A stretch of DNA of 64,000 nt from Heteronotia binoei (taxonomy: Eukaryota), in assembly GCF_032191835.1 (NCBI RefSeq), contig NC_083243.1, positions 164,424,001-164,488,000 of the forward strand, written 5' to 3'. Positions 12,424 to 25,564 of this stretch are shown one piece after another. The first letter of the stretch is position 1. Each line of letters starts with the position of its first letter. The notes beneath the pieces are model-generated. The model had not been told where the DNA came from. It saw only the letters and a program-made list of their open reading frames with translations, and ran no database searches. The position numbers and the translations under genes were made by a program.

Positions 12424-12531
12424 CAGGGCTTTTTTTGTAGAAAAAGCCCAGCAGGAACTCATTTACATATTAGGCCATACCCCTGATGCCAAGCCAGCCA
12501 GAACTGCATTCTGCTTTAAAAAAAAGCCCTG
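12424..12531 (+). mobile_element. hAT MITE, CAGGGCTTTTT family
   Basis: TIR cagggcttttt / aaaaagccctg; TSD ccagtgag / ccagtggg. Confidence 0.85.
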
Positions 12532-12609
12532 CCAGTGGGACTTACCCCTGACTAAAGATATATTGCCTTGGGATGCAAAAGTGATGGTGTGGACACCAAT
12601 ATTTCATAT

Positions 12610-12835
12610 TGAGAACCAGTGTGGTGAAGTGTTTGGGAGACCCAGGTTCAAATCCCCACTCTGCCATGGAAGCCTTCTGATTGATCTTGGACTAGTTACA
12701 CACTCTAAGCTGAACCTGCCTTATGGGATTATTGTGAGGATAAAATGGAGGATAGGAGAACGATGCAAGTTGCTTTAGATACCCATTGGGAAGAAAGGTA
12801 GGGCATGTATGAAGTAAATACACATAAAATAAATA
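12610..12835 (+). mobile_element. Older MIR/Squam-like SINE
   Basis: ccaggttcaaatcccc B-box; gggattattgtgaggataaaatgg core; A-rich tail. Confidence 0.7.
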
Positions 12836-14614
12836 CCTTCCAGTCTGGTTTTTGCATTAATTTAACTATTGTGTCATCTTGCTTCAGGTGGACAACCATG
12901 TCAGGGGATAAGTTCTAAAAACAGTGAGTGGTCCACCATGAACATACTGAGTCACTAGAGCACATTTTATAACTAGGCTGGAGATCTCAAAATCCCTGAA
13001 AGCAATTAGTTCTGTACATTTTTTACTCTACCCTTCCTCCAAGGATCTTATAGCACTTGTGACTTTCCCCATAAAATAAATCCTGCTTTGGCCTTTGGCT
13101 CCTGGATTGTCCCTATGAGAGAGAACTCTGAATAGACTGCACATGTGAGATTACCCAGTGCGTTACCCTTCTCAAACACAACATTAATAAGCAAATTCTC
13201 TCCAGACTGACTAACCTTCTGTGTTGGCAAGTAAGACATACTGAAGGCAGATCCAAAGAAGATGTGGTAGTGCCTCTGGTACATATAGCTGTGAGGTGAC
13301 TATGCAGTTTATAGTAGCAGCCCCCCCCCTATAAAATTGAATTATTTATGATTTCCCCCCCTGCAAATATAGTGCCAAACTTATCTATATAGTGAGAAAG
13401 CTAAATCACTGGAAGGACTCAGTAGGAACACCTCAACTGGATAGCACACTGCATAAATTATAGCAGCAGAGATACAAGATAAAACCTACATGCTTAAATA
13501 TGAGAATTTAAGTCCATGTCTGCTTGCCAGTTGGCCACTCAGTGATCCCTGTGCTTGAAACATATGCTATAAACCCCACCCAGACTACAATTTTTTTGTG
13601 AGAACAACCTGTGACATTTTTGGGGTTGATTAACAAGTAAATGTTCTGCAATGCGATGATCATGCATCAGGTGGTCAGTAAATTCTGTGTTGAACTTCCA
13701 ACTTCAAATGACTCCATTCTATCTTCATCTTAAATATACATATTCCATTTTTCTTTAACATTCTTAGAAAGATTTACAAGGGACTCCAAGTGATCTCCCA
13801 TTCAAGCAGTGACCAGTTCCACATCTCCTTTCTTTTGCCATTGTTACACCTCAACTAACTTTTTATTGGGGAATATTAATATTTCTTAGCTCAAAATGGT
13901 GAGTCTACGAGAGGTGAGGTGAGCAGGGATCTCTGTCAATGTCTACGGAGATAGACCACTGAAAATCCTTTGGTTAACAATGGATTTTATTATAGGTATA
14001 GGGTTTCAAATAGATACATCCCAATCAAACAATTTCAAGAGGAATACAGTGGTTAGCTGAATAAGTATGGATGGGGGAAGGTGATACAATACCTAGATCT
14101 TGTAGGGTAGGCTCAGTCAGAGGAAATCCAAGGCCTCTGGAGGGAGATTTTTCTTGAGAAGAAGGGGGGGTGAGGGTAGGAAGGGATGGAGGGAGGAGAG
14201 GATGTAGGAATTCCCTTTTCTTTCCGACTCTCTGACTTCTCTTTTTTTTCTTTCCTTCTCTCTTCTCTAACCTGACAGGTGAGGTTGCCTGTTTTCTAGG
14301 GTAAATTACGTCACATCAAGTGATTCAGTTACCCAATGAGGAAGCAGAGTGTCACACGAATGGAAAATCGGGGTGTCATATGTGGAATATCCAATCAGAG
14401 ATCATTGTGTCATAGATCAATACCCCAATAGAGGAATTTTAATTACACTGGCCAAATGACTTTTTATGGCCCTGTTTTTTTCCAAACTGATTCCTTTGAA
14501 GCTCCCCAAAAGTACAGGGGTGTCTTTCTGGATATCACCATTGCTTATAGGATTCTGTTAATATGCTCTAAGACCCAACTGTGAAATGATGAAAGCTGTT
14601 TTTCTATTGTTTAG

Positions 14615-14642
14615 TGAAATGGATGACTCCACAGAAGTATAG
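14615..14642 (+). CDS. ANO9: Probable ANO9 terminal coding exon: (S)EMDDSTEV-stop
   Basis: Acceptor ttttctattgtttag|t; phase 2 joins AG+T=Ser; TAG at 14640-14642; the STEV end resembles the mammalian ANO9 end STDV; AATAAA follows at 14918. Confidence 0.75.
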
Positions 14643-14917
14643 TGAAATGCCAAGGAGGGTGCTAAGAAGGAATTTGGAGCCAGAGCCTTGCAGGATGGTG
14701 CTACAGGCTTTGAAGATGCCAGATAAACCCTGCAGGCCTTATCATTCTCGTATGCATGCTACTGTTGGACTTTGTCTCTTCATCAAAATGCAAAGACAGC
14801 AGTTCAAGAGGCAGTTTTGAATATTTCAGCATTCTGTAGAGAAGTGAAAGTGTCTGGTAGGAATATAGCTATATATAAGAGAGTGAGACAGCATTAAATG
14901 GGAATGTTTGCACTGTC

Positions 14918-14923
14918 AATAAA
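14918..14923 (+). terminator. Candidate proximal polyadenylation signal of ANO9
   Basis: AATAAA about 280 nt after the stop codon, followed by U-rich sequence (tttgttg). Confidence 0.5.
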
Positions 14924-15609
14924 ACAATAATTTGTTGAAAGGCTCAAAAGAATTTTGGTTTACCAGGATTTCCATTTACTTCTACCATGAGAGGCAGGCA
15001 AGATTCTACCACAACACATCTGGCACTTATAAAAAAAAAACTTGTACCCAGCTGTATGCCTCATAAGCACTGGTCATAAGCCAAGCCAAAATCTCAGTCT
15101 CCATTCATGGCTGTATATCTATGCTCTATTTTGTTCTCTTTATTTTCCTATTGTTCCTTGGTTTAGAAAGAAATATTTAATTTTGGAGTCTGGATTCTTT
15201 AGGTAAAATCCAAAGGCACATGTGCACAATATCTTTACCAGCAGAAAAATCCCAACAAAATCCCTCAGTGGTTTTTTCAAACTCCATTGAATTCCTAAGG
15301 CAGTTTGAAGTGTGAAATTAACTAAAAGGAAGGGGGTGGGTGCTCTTCAAAGTAACACATGCACCTTTTGAATGATTTCCCTTGCCTTGGATATGGGAAC
15401 AGGTTTCTTAACTTTTGTATGTCAGTTTACACAATGGGGCCAATTAACTACCTCACAAAGGTTCTGCTTGATGTAAAAAAATAATGTTTAAGGCCTTCTC
15501 CATATACTAAATGTTTTCTGATTCTTAGTCCAATGTGCCCTTAGAGTAGATGCCCTCATTCAAGCTTCAAAAGCTGCAGTTTGTGCATGTGAGACAGACA
15601 TCGTTCACC

Positions 15610-16623
15610 CAGGGCCAGTGCTAGGCTTTGTGGCACCCTAGGCGAATCACCCACTAGCGCCCCCCACCCCCATTATTAAAAAATATAGGGAAACTGAAGA
15701 GTGCCAAACTTGAAACTTTTCACATTTTTAATTTTCTGATTTTTAATTTTTCAAAAATTGTGACATTATAAAAAAAATTGTGTGAATAAGTGCTTGCCGG
15801 CCATGTTAGGAAGGAGGGTAGCAGGATACATTCGTCCACTGTTGGTGGGAATGTCCGATGGTGAATAAATTCTGGAAATCTATCCTGGAAATAATATCGA
15901 AAATAATAGGGGTTAGTATTCCATTTACGCCCGCAGTGGTTCTATTAAATCTATGGCCTGACCAGGAGCTTTCTACCTTAAAGCAGGAACTAGTCGCATT
16001 ACTTTTACTTGCTGGTAAGATAACTATAGCCACTTATTGGAAACAACCTAATTGCCCCCCACTCCAGAATTGGTGTAACAAGGTGTGGGATGTACTAATC
16101 CATGACAAGATGACAACAACTATAATATTGCTAGACAATGTAAGGGCGGGTGACTGGTTCTTACAAAAATGGTTTGACTTCCTTGAGTACGTGAATAGTG
16201 CTGATACCACATTTGGGAAACTACCGGCTAAATATTTGAACTTTATGATTTATTAACCTTTGACTGTCTGTAACCCTCGGCCTAATGACTTACTGGCATT
16301 TATACAGCATTTGTTGTATTTGTATCCAAATGCTAACTAGAAATATCTGATGTGACGGTTCATACAAAGTTTTTGTTGTGATTCCCTATGATAGGGAATG
16401 TTATTTGTAAAAAATTCCTTTTTTTTCAATAAAATTTAAATTATAAAGGATGAGGTGGGAGGCCAAGTCACACATTGGGGAGAGGGGAGTGGCTTGGCTT
16501 TGTTGAGGGTAGCTTGGTGATAGGAGAGGACAAGGTGACAGAGGTCAGGAGCCAGAATCATGCATCAGGGAGGGGGCACCCTAGGCGACTGCCTACTTTG
16601 CCTACTCCTATGCACCGTCCCTG
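15610..16623. mobile_element. Non-autonomous hAT element (CAGGG termini) interrupted by an L1 fragment
   Basis: Termini cagggccagtgc / gcaccgtccctg; 8-bp TSD cgttcacc (15602-15609) / ccttcacc (16624-16631). Confidence 0.75.
15804..16447 (+). mobile_element. L1/Tx1-type LINE 3' fragment (ORF2 C-terminus + 3' UTR) nested in a hAT MITE
   Basis: DTFVHCWWECPMVNKFW (CCHC-knuckle region), LLLAGKITIATYWK; AATAAA at 16428-16433 with an A/T-rich tail. Confidence 0.85.
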
Positions 16624-19178
16624 CCTTCACCTCACCTAATTTTCTTTCCCTTTGTAAGTGAAGTCTACATTTCTATTCCCAGTGGAGGTATGCTTCTTTT
16701 GGATTCTTCATTCAAGGTGCTTTAAGAAATGAATGAACTGTGAACACATATTTACAAAGAGAACACAGCTTAATAATCATCAATTGTATTGTCTCAGATA
16801 GGATTATTGATCATCCAACAGTCTGCTTACATGAAGATAACATGGGAAAACAATGTAGAGCTTTGGTACCTTTAATACTATACCGTAAAGGGAATTCTGA
16901 CTGGTGCAACTTGTCACATCACTATGCCACATGGGTAAGAAAAGCTGCAGTTGAAAAATTCACTCTTATGCGCCACTGTTAAAGGCTCAGAGGCCCTGTG
17001 CTTTAGTGTACTTGGTTACCCTACATAAACAGTTCTGTTTCATACCTCATGTGCTTCCCTTGCAATTGAGTGATGTCAGTTTTGCAAATCAAAGAAAAGC
17101 AGCAAAAGGTAAGGCTTCAGGTTTTCTTTTAGATGTGGCCCAAATACTTAGTTCATTCATCTTCTGTTGTGTGGATTGAGTTAGAATGCTTGAATAAATG
17201 TTGCAGTTAATTTTTTTTATAAAGGCATCTGACATCTATTGTTCATTGCTTTCACATTTTACACTGTATACATAATAAAATACTTGCTTTAGAACTATGT
17301 CGTAACATTGAGAATGTAATGGTGCCGTTTCTGCTAGATGATGTTTCTGTATTATTTTTACTGCAGGGAGGAATCCTTACTTATTGCAAAGAAATTAGTT
17401 GTTGATTTCCATGGGCTTAAGTCATTTGTGTAATTGGGAGATTTGAAACAAAAGAATATGGGTTCAAGGAAGAAAAATGACCTTTAGATGCTTAGTACAC
17501 ATGTAGTTTCCACAGAAATTATGCTCCCAGGTCCAAATTTCACTGGAATTTAGTGACACTTGGAGAACAATCGGAAACTCATTCCTTGAAACACCATAAA
17601 ATTTAATTCTAGGCAGATTTGTCTGAGAATCTGTCAGTGCCTCAGTCCAAAAAGGAGTTTGCTTAGGGAATATTCTTTTGACTATATAGTACCACTCAGC
17701 AAAGAGGGCGAGCTGGGGTGGCATGGCATCTTAAGTGGCCCTGTTGACTACCCCCTCTTCTCTGCTGGATTCCAGGATAGGCCAGTATCAGGTCCATGCT
17801 TGTTGTGGCCTGGTCCCCTCCCTGCCCCACCGGTGACAGCCTCCAAAGCTGTCATTGCCCTCTTTGCCTTCCCCATCCTTCCTATGGGGTTGAAAAGAGG
17901 ACCCATGGTAAATTCAGGCCCTGGCTTTTGGCTCTGTGGATTACTTGAACAACAATGACCAAACCTTGCATATTGAAGAGGGAGGGGGGCTTAATTCTAT
18001 TTAGAATTTCCCGGATTATTTGTTCTTGTATTATGCCTTGTATTTAAAAACAAACAAACCACAATTATTTTGAAATGCTGTGCACTGTGTAATTTTTATT
18101 AACTTTAAATTTTATACAATAAACATGTTAAAAATAAAGATGATTCCTTTTAAACAAAAAGAGTAGCTTGGTTTTATTTTGGTTTTGCATAGTCAGCAGA
18201 CATCCTGGGCTCAAAGACATCCTATGAGAAGATAGATAAATAGTGCTTTGGGTGAAGGAATAATTTCTCCCCTGCCATTATAAACAACTATCTGTTCTTG
18301 CATTTGTGGCTAAGAGATTGTTTTATTATTCACCTCTTCTCCCCAACACCAGATTTTCTAACGTTGTTACTAGTAGCACTATTATTTGGGAAACTTCAAG
18401 TTGGCAATCTTGTTGAGCCTATAGGAATTTTTGAAATTTTGAGCATGAGTAGAGGGTGCACCACAAAATGGCTGCCATGGAGAGGGAATCAGACACAAAA
18501 GGGCTGCCATGGTCGGTGGAGTCATTTGTGAAATGTTGGGAAATTCCAAGCCTAGTTTCCTCCAACAAAGACAGATACTTCAGAATAGATACTCCCTTCT
18601 GACACAAGCTCAGTTTTTAGGCTTTTCTAAGGGGCGGTTTGGAGCAACTGTATCTACAGCCCAAATCACCTTCCTAATCCAAAATGTATCAGTGATTCAG
18701 CTGGAGGTGGCTGAGAAAGATGGTGTTGGCATGGTGGAATATGGCAGCCATGGTCATGTTCTGACTTCATGGCAAATGCATCTGCCACTGTCCTCCCTGC
18801 CATATGCTATGAACTAGCCTTGGGAAGAAGCAGCCCTCACTCTGATCATCTTCTTTACTCCCACTTCTTCCTCCTCTCCCAGCCCAAGAAAACTTGGCAT
18901 GGTGGAGTAGTCTTGGCTGCTCAACAGGAGGCAGAAAGGAAAGGAAAGAACATGCCTTGTGAAAGCAATGGAAGTGGAGGCACTTTATTCTTTTAATTGC
19001 TGCTAACTGATGGTGTGCAGCTGCAACAGTGGTGATGGATCTAGGTCTAACCCAACAGTCATAATACTTACTTGTACCTGTTAATGTTCTTGTGAAAATG
19101 CTATGTCTACCTAGGCCCTGAGGCCCTGGAGGAGCAGATGTAAAAGCCTTACTTCCAATAAGCACTTTTAACCTATGT

Positions 19179-19545
19179 TAGGGTTGCCAAGTCCCCTGCA
19201 CTTGCCGGCCGGGGACTATCGCGCGCACTCAAAGCGCATGCGCGATGCGATGACGTCACCTGGAAGTGATGCCAATGCACCCTATTATACCATAGAGTTT
19301 TCCCTCCCATATGGCTAGACGTCTGGGAAAACCATAGGATTTTCCCAGAAATGCCTAGAACGGTTGCCGTGCAACATCACCGGCATGATGATGTCACTTC
19401 CGGGCGATGTCATCTCGCCAGCGATATAGGGGGAGGTTCCCCCTGCTGGCCCAATGTGGGCTGGTGGGTTGGGAACTTCCCAGGCGATGGAAGTCCCACC
19501 TGAACTGGGGGAAGCCCTGGGCGGACCGGGGGCTTGGCAGTCCTA
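19179..19545. mobile_element. CpG-rich hAT MITE (TAGGGTTGCCA termini, Blackjack-like)
   Basis: Termini tagggttgccaag / cttggcagtccta; perfect 8-bp TSD acctatgt (19171-19178 / 19546-19553). Confidence 0.85.
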
Positions 19546-19564
19546 ACCTATGTGCATGTGTATG

Positions 19565-22500
19565 TTCAGTTCAGTTTTACTACATAGAGCCAATGGCCGT
19601 TACAAATAGTAAAAACAGACAATAAATGTAGGGATTCAGTTTTAACAGCAGAGAATTTAACTGCGCCACAGAATGTAATGTATTGAAGCTTTGTTATGTT
19701 ATGATAAGGAAACGTGCTGTTTGTGTGATCTGCGCAGGCGTTATCTGTGGTTACGTTGACCAGACACATATAATTAATTGGCTAATGTTGGTGGAATGAT
19801 GTGAGGTCATGGTTTCAATAAAAGCTGGACGGACAAAGGCAGGAGGAGTCTTCTGAGAGGAGTCTTCTAAGACTACAGATGCCCTCTCAACCTTTGTGCG
19901 CACCCCTTTCCTATAGTCAGACGTCTCCCGGAATTTTTATTGTCTCCTAAATCTTTCTTTCCACACCTCAATGCCGGAGCGAAAAAACTGTAAACCTATA
20001 TTAAAACTCTAAAAGTTACATTTTGAAGCTTATTTCATAAAAAAGACAACAAACATCTGCTGAATACTAATTATAATCTTGGCTGGCCTAAATTGACACT
20101 AGCCTGGCTCAGATTCTCTTTGTTGCTAGGGCAAAAAGAGCAACCTTGTATGAAACCTCTGGCTCCAAATCAGCAAGTAAAATGTAACTTTTCCTGTCAA
20201 TTGTGCTAAGGTCTGAATTGGCTAGGATTGTACCTAATTTTTTTTCTTGGACTGATAGGCCAACAAATAATGGCACAGGTCTTCAGGATCTGGGGCTGAG
20301 CGACTGGTGTTCGGGTGTACTGACCTCCAAGCATAGCTATTTGCATTGTTTAAAAATGAATGACTTTGAATGCTGAGCATAATTTAAAAAAGGAAATCTT
20401 TGCCAGATATTGTGCCCTAAGATGATCCAATTTAATTGATTTGTACCAGGGTGAAAATTTGGTTTCTATTATAACTTGCCTATCTGTGGCAACATTGTGT
20501 GTGTATATTTGCACCCTGAAGTCAGCCTGAGAGGCTCCTTGGACGACATCTGGCATATTATATATTTGAAGAATTTTGTTATAATTGAATTGCCACCAAG
20601 GATCTTTTAGGCTTACGGAGAAACAAATGCTTGAAAGGTGACCTACTGGGGCTCTCTTCAGTTTGTGCCAGTAATTAAAAAAGGGCTTTGTGTGCATGTG
20701 CCCGAAAAGAGGAAATGCCCAATTCAGCTCTCAACATTTAAGCTGGAGTATTTGGAGGCAGTACCAATAGCCTTTCCAGTAAGAGGTTTTGGATTCTCTT
20801 CAGGTTTGCAATCAGGACATCATTCCATCCCCAAATCTCCATGCTGTAAAGAAGTTTACCTTACTCTGAAAGAGCTTTAGGACTGGGTCTATCTAGAACC
20901 CCCTTTGGAGCGGTAAAATTTGAGAATTGCTCCAATTGAACAGAGGGCTGTTGATTTTATAATTTCTGTGTGTGCTTTCTAGGAGAACGTATCTCTAAAA
21001 GTGATGCCAGATATTTAAATGTTCAGCATTGATTGACTGGGGATGCATCTACTGACCAGCAAGAAATACACCATTTTCCAAAGACTATCACCTTGGTTTT
21101 CAAATAATTTATTTTTAAAAGCGCTTCTTTACAAAAGTCATTAAGCCCGGACAGCAACCTTCTTAAACCAATGTGGGTTACAGACAACAAAACCATGTCA
21201 TCAGCATAAAGAAGAACTGAAATCTTCCATGAAGCAAGGCTGGGAGGAAAAAGGTCAGAGCCTGAAAGCTTCTTAGTGATGTCATTAATATAGAGGTTGG
21301 AAAGGAGAGGGTCAAGGACACAACCCTGTTTCACACCTCTGGCTACTGAGATATTGTCTGTCCAGGAACTGGCGATACCTACTCTTATTCTAGATTATGG
21401 GTTTCTATGGAGTTCCCTTTTTATATGCAGAAGGGGTTTGTCAATATTAGTTCTTGCCATTTAGACCAGAGCCTTTCTCTATCAATTGAGTCAAAAGCAG
21501 CTGCAAGGTCAACAAAGGCTGTGTATAGGTATCTAATGGGACCTGTTACACAATCTATAGCTATCTGGTACAATGTAAGGCAATGCTTGATGGAACTTTG
21601 GTCCTTCCTAAAACCAGCTTGTTCTGGTGAGATGACCCAATTATCAGCTTCCCAGCCTTCCAGTTTTCTCAATAAAAATTTACTATAAATTTTAGAGGCT
21701 ATATCCAACAAGCTGATAGGACAGTAGTTATGAGGGTCTGATTTATTGCCCTTTTTGTAAATTGGCACAACAATGCTTTGTTTCTAGCCAGCAGGAAGGA
21801 GTCCAGAAGAGTTTACCTTCCTGCTGCCAATACAAGAACTCCTTCCTTTGACAATTCGGGGGCTCAAAAATCAGAAAATTGCTTTAAAAGCTCTGGAAGG
21901 ATCATGTCTTTGCCAGGAGCCTTTCTGTATGAGAGAGCGTCAATGAGACTTTTCCCGTCAGATGAAAGCCACTGAGGTGCATCACGGGAGCTAAACTGAC
22001 AAATTAATTGATCAGCAGTACTGGTATTCCTGATGAAGTTGCCAAGGACTTTACTAAAATGAAAATGCCAGTCTTGGGTACTGATTTGAGCATCTAGCAA
22101 GGGAGATGTATTGTCTATACCTAGGGACACCAAATTCCAAACCTAGATTCATTTTTTTTTTGGTGCACTGCAAGATTAAGTTTTTTCCTTTGGGATCTAG
22201 TGAAAGTGAACTTCTTTTGTTTCAACAGATCTTTATAGGATGATCTCATTGACAGTAGCTGGTTAGTGGACCCTATTTGGTGGAATGCAGCTGCTGTAAG
22301 TATCTTGTCAGCCTGTTCCTAAATTGTCTACATTCCTGGTCAAACCAAACCCCTTGTGATAACAGCACAAGGGGCTTGAGACTTATTCTGGACTAAATAA
22401 GATCTAAGAAATTTTGTTATATCTTCATAATGTTTAACTGGATCAAAGTCATTTATCATCATTTGTTGCAAAGACCAGAGAGCTCCTCTCTCCAGAAGCT

Positions 22501-22900
22501 GAGCTATATGGAAGTAACTGATTCTTCTTTCCCCGAAGTGAACACCATTGATTGTATTTGTTGGGTTGCTAGAGGAAGTGGTTTCTGGAAAGTTTAAAAA
22601 CTGAGTGGACTATGATTGCTCTCTGATCTGTCTTCTACTCTAAAGTGATTAATATGTGATAAAAGAGAGAATGAAACCAGAATGTAATCTATTGAGCTGG
22701 CACCCTGGGAAGATAAATAAGTGTATGTCCCTTGTGAAGAATCAGACCTAGTACCATGTAAACTATGAAGCTGATGAATTGAAGACAATTCTAAAATTTT
22801 TACTCCAGCCTTATTGATGGTTGTTTCTTCAGACCATTTGTATAAAAGGCTTGCTTGCAGGATAACCTGATAGGACAATCAGGGGAACTGTGGAAACCAG
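19565..22900 (-). mobile_element. Degraded non-LTR retrotransposon (RTE-X-like, clade uncertain): endonuclease C-terminus, RT, C-terminal domain, long 3' UTR with (ACTGA)n tail
   Basis: Minus-strand fragments GASSIDYILVS...ESNHSPL, PIYKKG...NYCPISLL, QAGFRK, AFVDLAAAFDSIDR, KQGCVLDPLL, LLYADDMVLLS; the minus strand ends ...gtaaaactgaactgaac near 19565. Confidence 0.8.
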
Positions 22901-23639
22901 CACCTATTGTAGACTTTCCAATTTCCCAGGGCAGTGAAGCTGGGGCTTCACCAGAGGCATTGCTATGATAGGTCCCTAAAAGAATGGGGAGGAGCCAGTG
23001 ACATCACAGTGAGGGGCCTCTGTTATCACTACCTATAGAGGTAGTGCCATGGGGGATTCAGGGAGATGCTCCCCAGAAATTTAGCGGGAACCCCCCTAAC
23101 AATGCCCCTGGGCTGGGCCAAACTCAGGAAAAGATGGGAGTTGGCTTGTGGTTATAGTGGTATTTCAGCAGTCTCCAGCTGCGTTCTGTTTTTGAAATTC
23201 AAGTTTAGAATAGTCGTTTTAAGATCTGCAAACATGCATATCGTGTGCATAGGATAAACTAATGGTCACAAATTTGACAGTAAAAGGCAACAGAGAAAAG
23301 CCTTTAGGGGCTATGGAGACTGATTCATATAGGTATAATGAATTGATCTTTGAGTATCTGGGGCTCTGGAGGGGCTGTTTTGTTTTTTTAGGTAAAGGCA
23401 CTAAATTTCAGCAGAGCATCTGGTACCTCTCCTCAACCCCCCCCCCCAAAAAAAAAGTTTCAGAAAGATTGGACTAGGGGGTCCAATTCTACGAGCCCCC
23501 AAAGAAGGTGCCCCTATCCTTCATTATTTCCATATGGAGGAAAGACATTTTAAAGGCATGCGGTCCCTTTAAATGTGATGGCCAGAATTTCCTTTGGAGT
23601 TCAATCATGTGTATCACACCCTTGCTACTGGCAACCCTA
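22880..23639 (-). mobile_element. TAGGGTTGCCA-family hAT MITE remnant; left boundary uncertain
   Basis: Terminus ctggcaacccta ending at 23639; internal ...ggggctctggaggg... also seen in the copy near 52010. Confidence 0.5.
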
Positions 23640-24066
23640 GGTATACCACAAAGTTCACCCTCTGAAGCTGTCATTTTCTCCAAGGGAACTGATCTTTGTA
23701 GTCAGCTGTAATTCTGTAATCCTGTGCCTGCATCCTGTTCCCTCCCACTACCAAATTTTATGGCTAAGTGTCTATCAATACAGCAGTAAAACAGGGACTC
23801 CCACAGACAATTTTTAAATTGTACAGTTTATGTTTTTAACCGCCCTGACCTATGTGAATTCAGAGAAGGATGGTATACAAATCTAAATGATAAATAAATA
23901 AGGTAAGGCTTTGTGCATGTTTATGGGAATGTAGACAATTTTTGATTAATGTAGGAATGTAGACAATTTTGACATTATAAACTAAACACACAGAGACAAA
24001 TGAGGCCTGGGCATACTCAATTGCCATTCAGGAGACATGCTTAGAATAGTTGTTATTTAAAAGGAG

Positions 24067-24265
24067 GGGAAACAGAGAGAGAAAATCTGCTGACACCCCC
24101 TATGAATGTAAGTTAGGAGAAAAGTGAGAATAGGAAGAAGTTCTCGTTTACTTATTTCCCAGAGTGGGAAACAGAGAGGGAAGATCTGCTGAAACCCCCT
24201 ATGAATGTAAGTTAGGAGAAAAGTGAGAACAGGAAGGAGTTCTCATTTACTTACGGTATTTCCCA
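24067..24265. repeat. Two-copy 99-bp tandem duplication
   Basis: gggaaacagagag...ttacttatttccc starts at 24067 and again at 24166, with a few substitutions. Confidence 0.9.
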
Positions 24266-25564
24266 CCTTACCTTGGTTCCCTGCTTGTTAACAATGAGAT
24301 CTACAATTAGCAGAATCATGCCCTTAGGAACAGGAATTTCCAGAATTGTAAGGAGAAATAAAGTTATATTTTATGAATAACTTGTCTAGTAAGCCAGAAT
24401 CATTACATGCAATTTCATTTTAACTAAAAGTGTTTGAACTTGTACCCACATTCCAGGAGCAGAGGTGCTTCAAGAAGATTGCTTAAGATTTGCTGTAAAA
24501 CTGTAATTTAAGTGTATCCTTATCTGTCCAGATGCTATAAATCTTCATGATTTGGCCTCCATACTACTTGTTTTACAGTGGCACAGCTACTGAGTGGGAG
24601 AGACCCTGACACCAAACATTGTGAATATCCACAGAAATTCAGTTTGTACAGAATGAATGGAGCGGAGGTTTTTCCTAATCACAGCCAGGTTAATGTAGCC
24701 GCTCCTATTAAAAGACCCATCTAATACAGACAAGATTTTTATTTGAAGCACGTTCAGAAGAGGAAACATCCTGGCACCTGCATCTGAATTGCCATGGAGA
24801 AACACTCACTACTTTGTGCCTCCTAATGCTTTTTATGGTGCTGGCCGTTTCACATGATAAAAAGGGGTTTATTTTGGAAGACAAGGCTCTTAGTGTTGCA
24901 GTAAATTTTCCACATACACAGGATTAATTTGATGGGCTCATTATTGTAAGTTACAGTCATTTATTTAAGCTCAGGAGTGCAGAAGCAGGAAAGTGAAATT
25001 ACACACATCATTAAAACTGATTCAAAAGCTTGTCTAATGCCTGTCACTGCTTCATTTCCTACTTTAATAACTATTCTGTATTTTTTCTCCCATCAAAGCC
25101 AAAACTGTAGGGAACTATAATGATTCCGGCGCTACAAGAAGCTGGGTTACCCTTAGAGCGTACTAAAAGGTGTCTTCTCCCTAAATACCGTTAATTTGTT
25201 TATGGTCCTTTGATGGTCACAGCTAAAACTTGAACATTTCAGAATCTACCCTAAAAGCATGCCACTCACTTAGTTGCATTCCCTAAATTCTTGTATTAGG
25301 TTTCTTTGAGACTGCCTCAACTGTCAACTCCAGCTAGGGTTGCCAATATTGTTTTCTGGCCATGTAGAGCTGCATGGCAAACAGAAGTTCAGCTAAAGAC
25401 ACTCTTCCCAGTGTGTAGTTACAGTGAAGAAAAAAAGCTTCATCTGCTGAATTTAAACTTTCCACAGCAGGGCATAATAGCCAAGCCAGAAAGAAAGCTG
25501 GCAGCCGACTCACAGCTCTCTCCTTGACACACAGACTTGTTTACCCAGGCAGAAAGATTTAGTC

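Noticed and set aside
12888-12918. Alternative ANO9 terminal exon (cttgcttcag|, would read RWTTMSGDKF*)
   Set aside because: The acceptor is plausible, but the peptide has no resemblance to ANO9 C-termini; the exon at 14615 ending STEV fits better.
16649-16730. Another possible ANO9 terminal exon after tttgtaag|tgaag
   Set aside because: Rare AAG acceptor, next to a MITE, and no conserved terminal motif.
19660-20030. LTR-like segment with TATA-like and AATAAA words
   Set aside because: Better explained as the long 3' UTR of the minus-strand LINE, whose (ACTGA)n tail is near 19565; no TG...CA termini or TSD found.
24067-24265. CRISPR-like or prokaryotic features
   Set aside because: Eukaryotic DNA; these are simple two-copy duplications without repeat-spacer structure.
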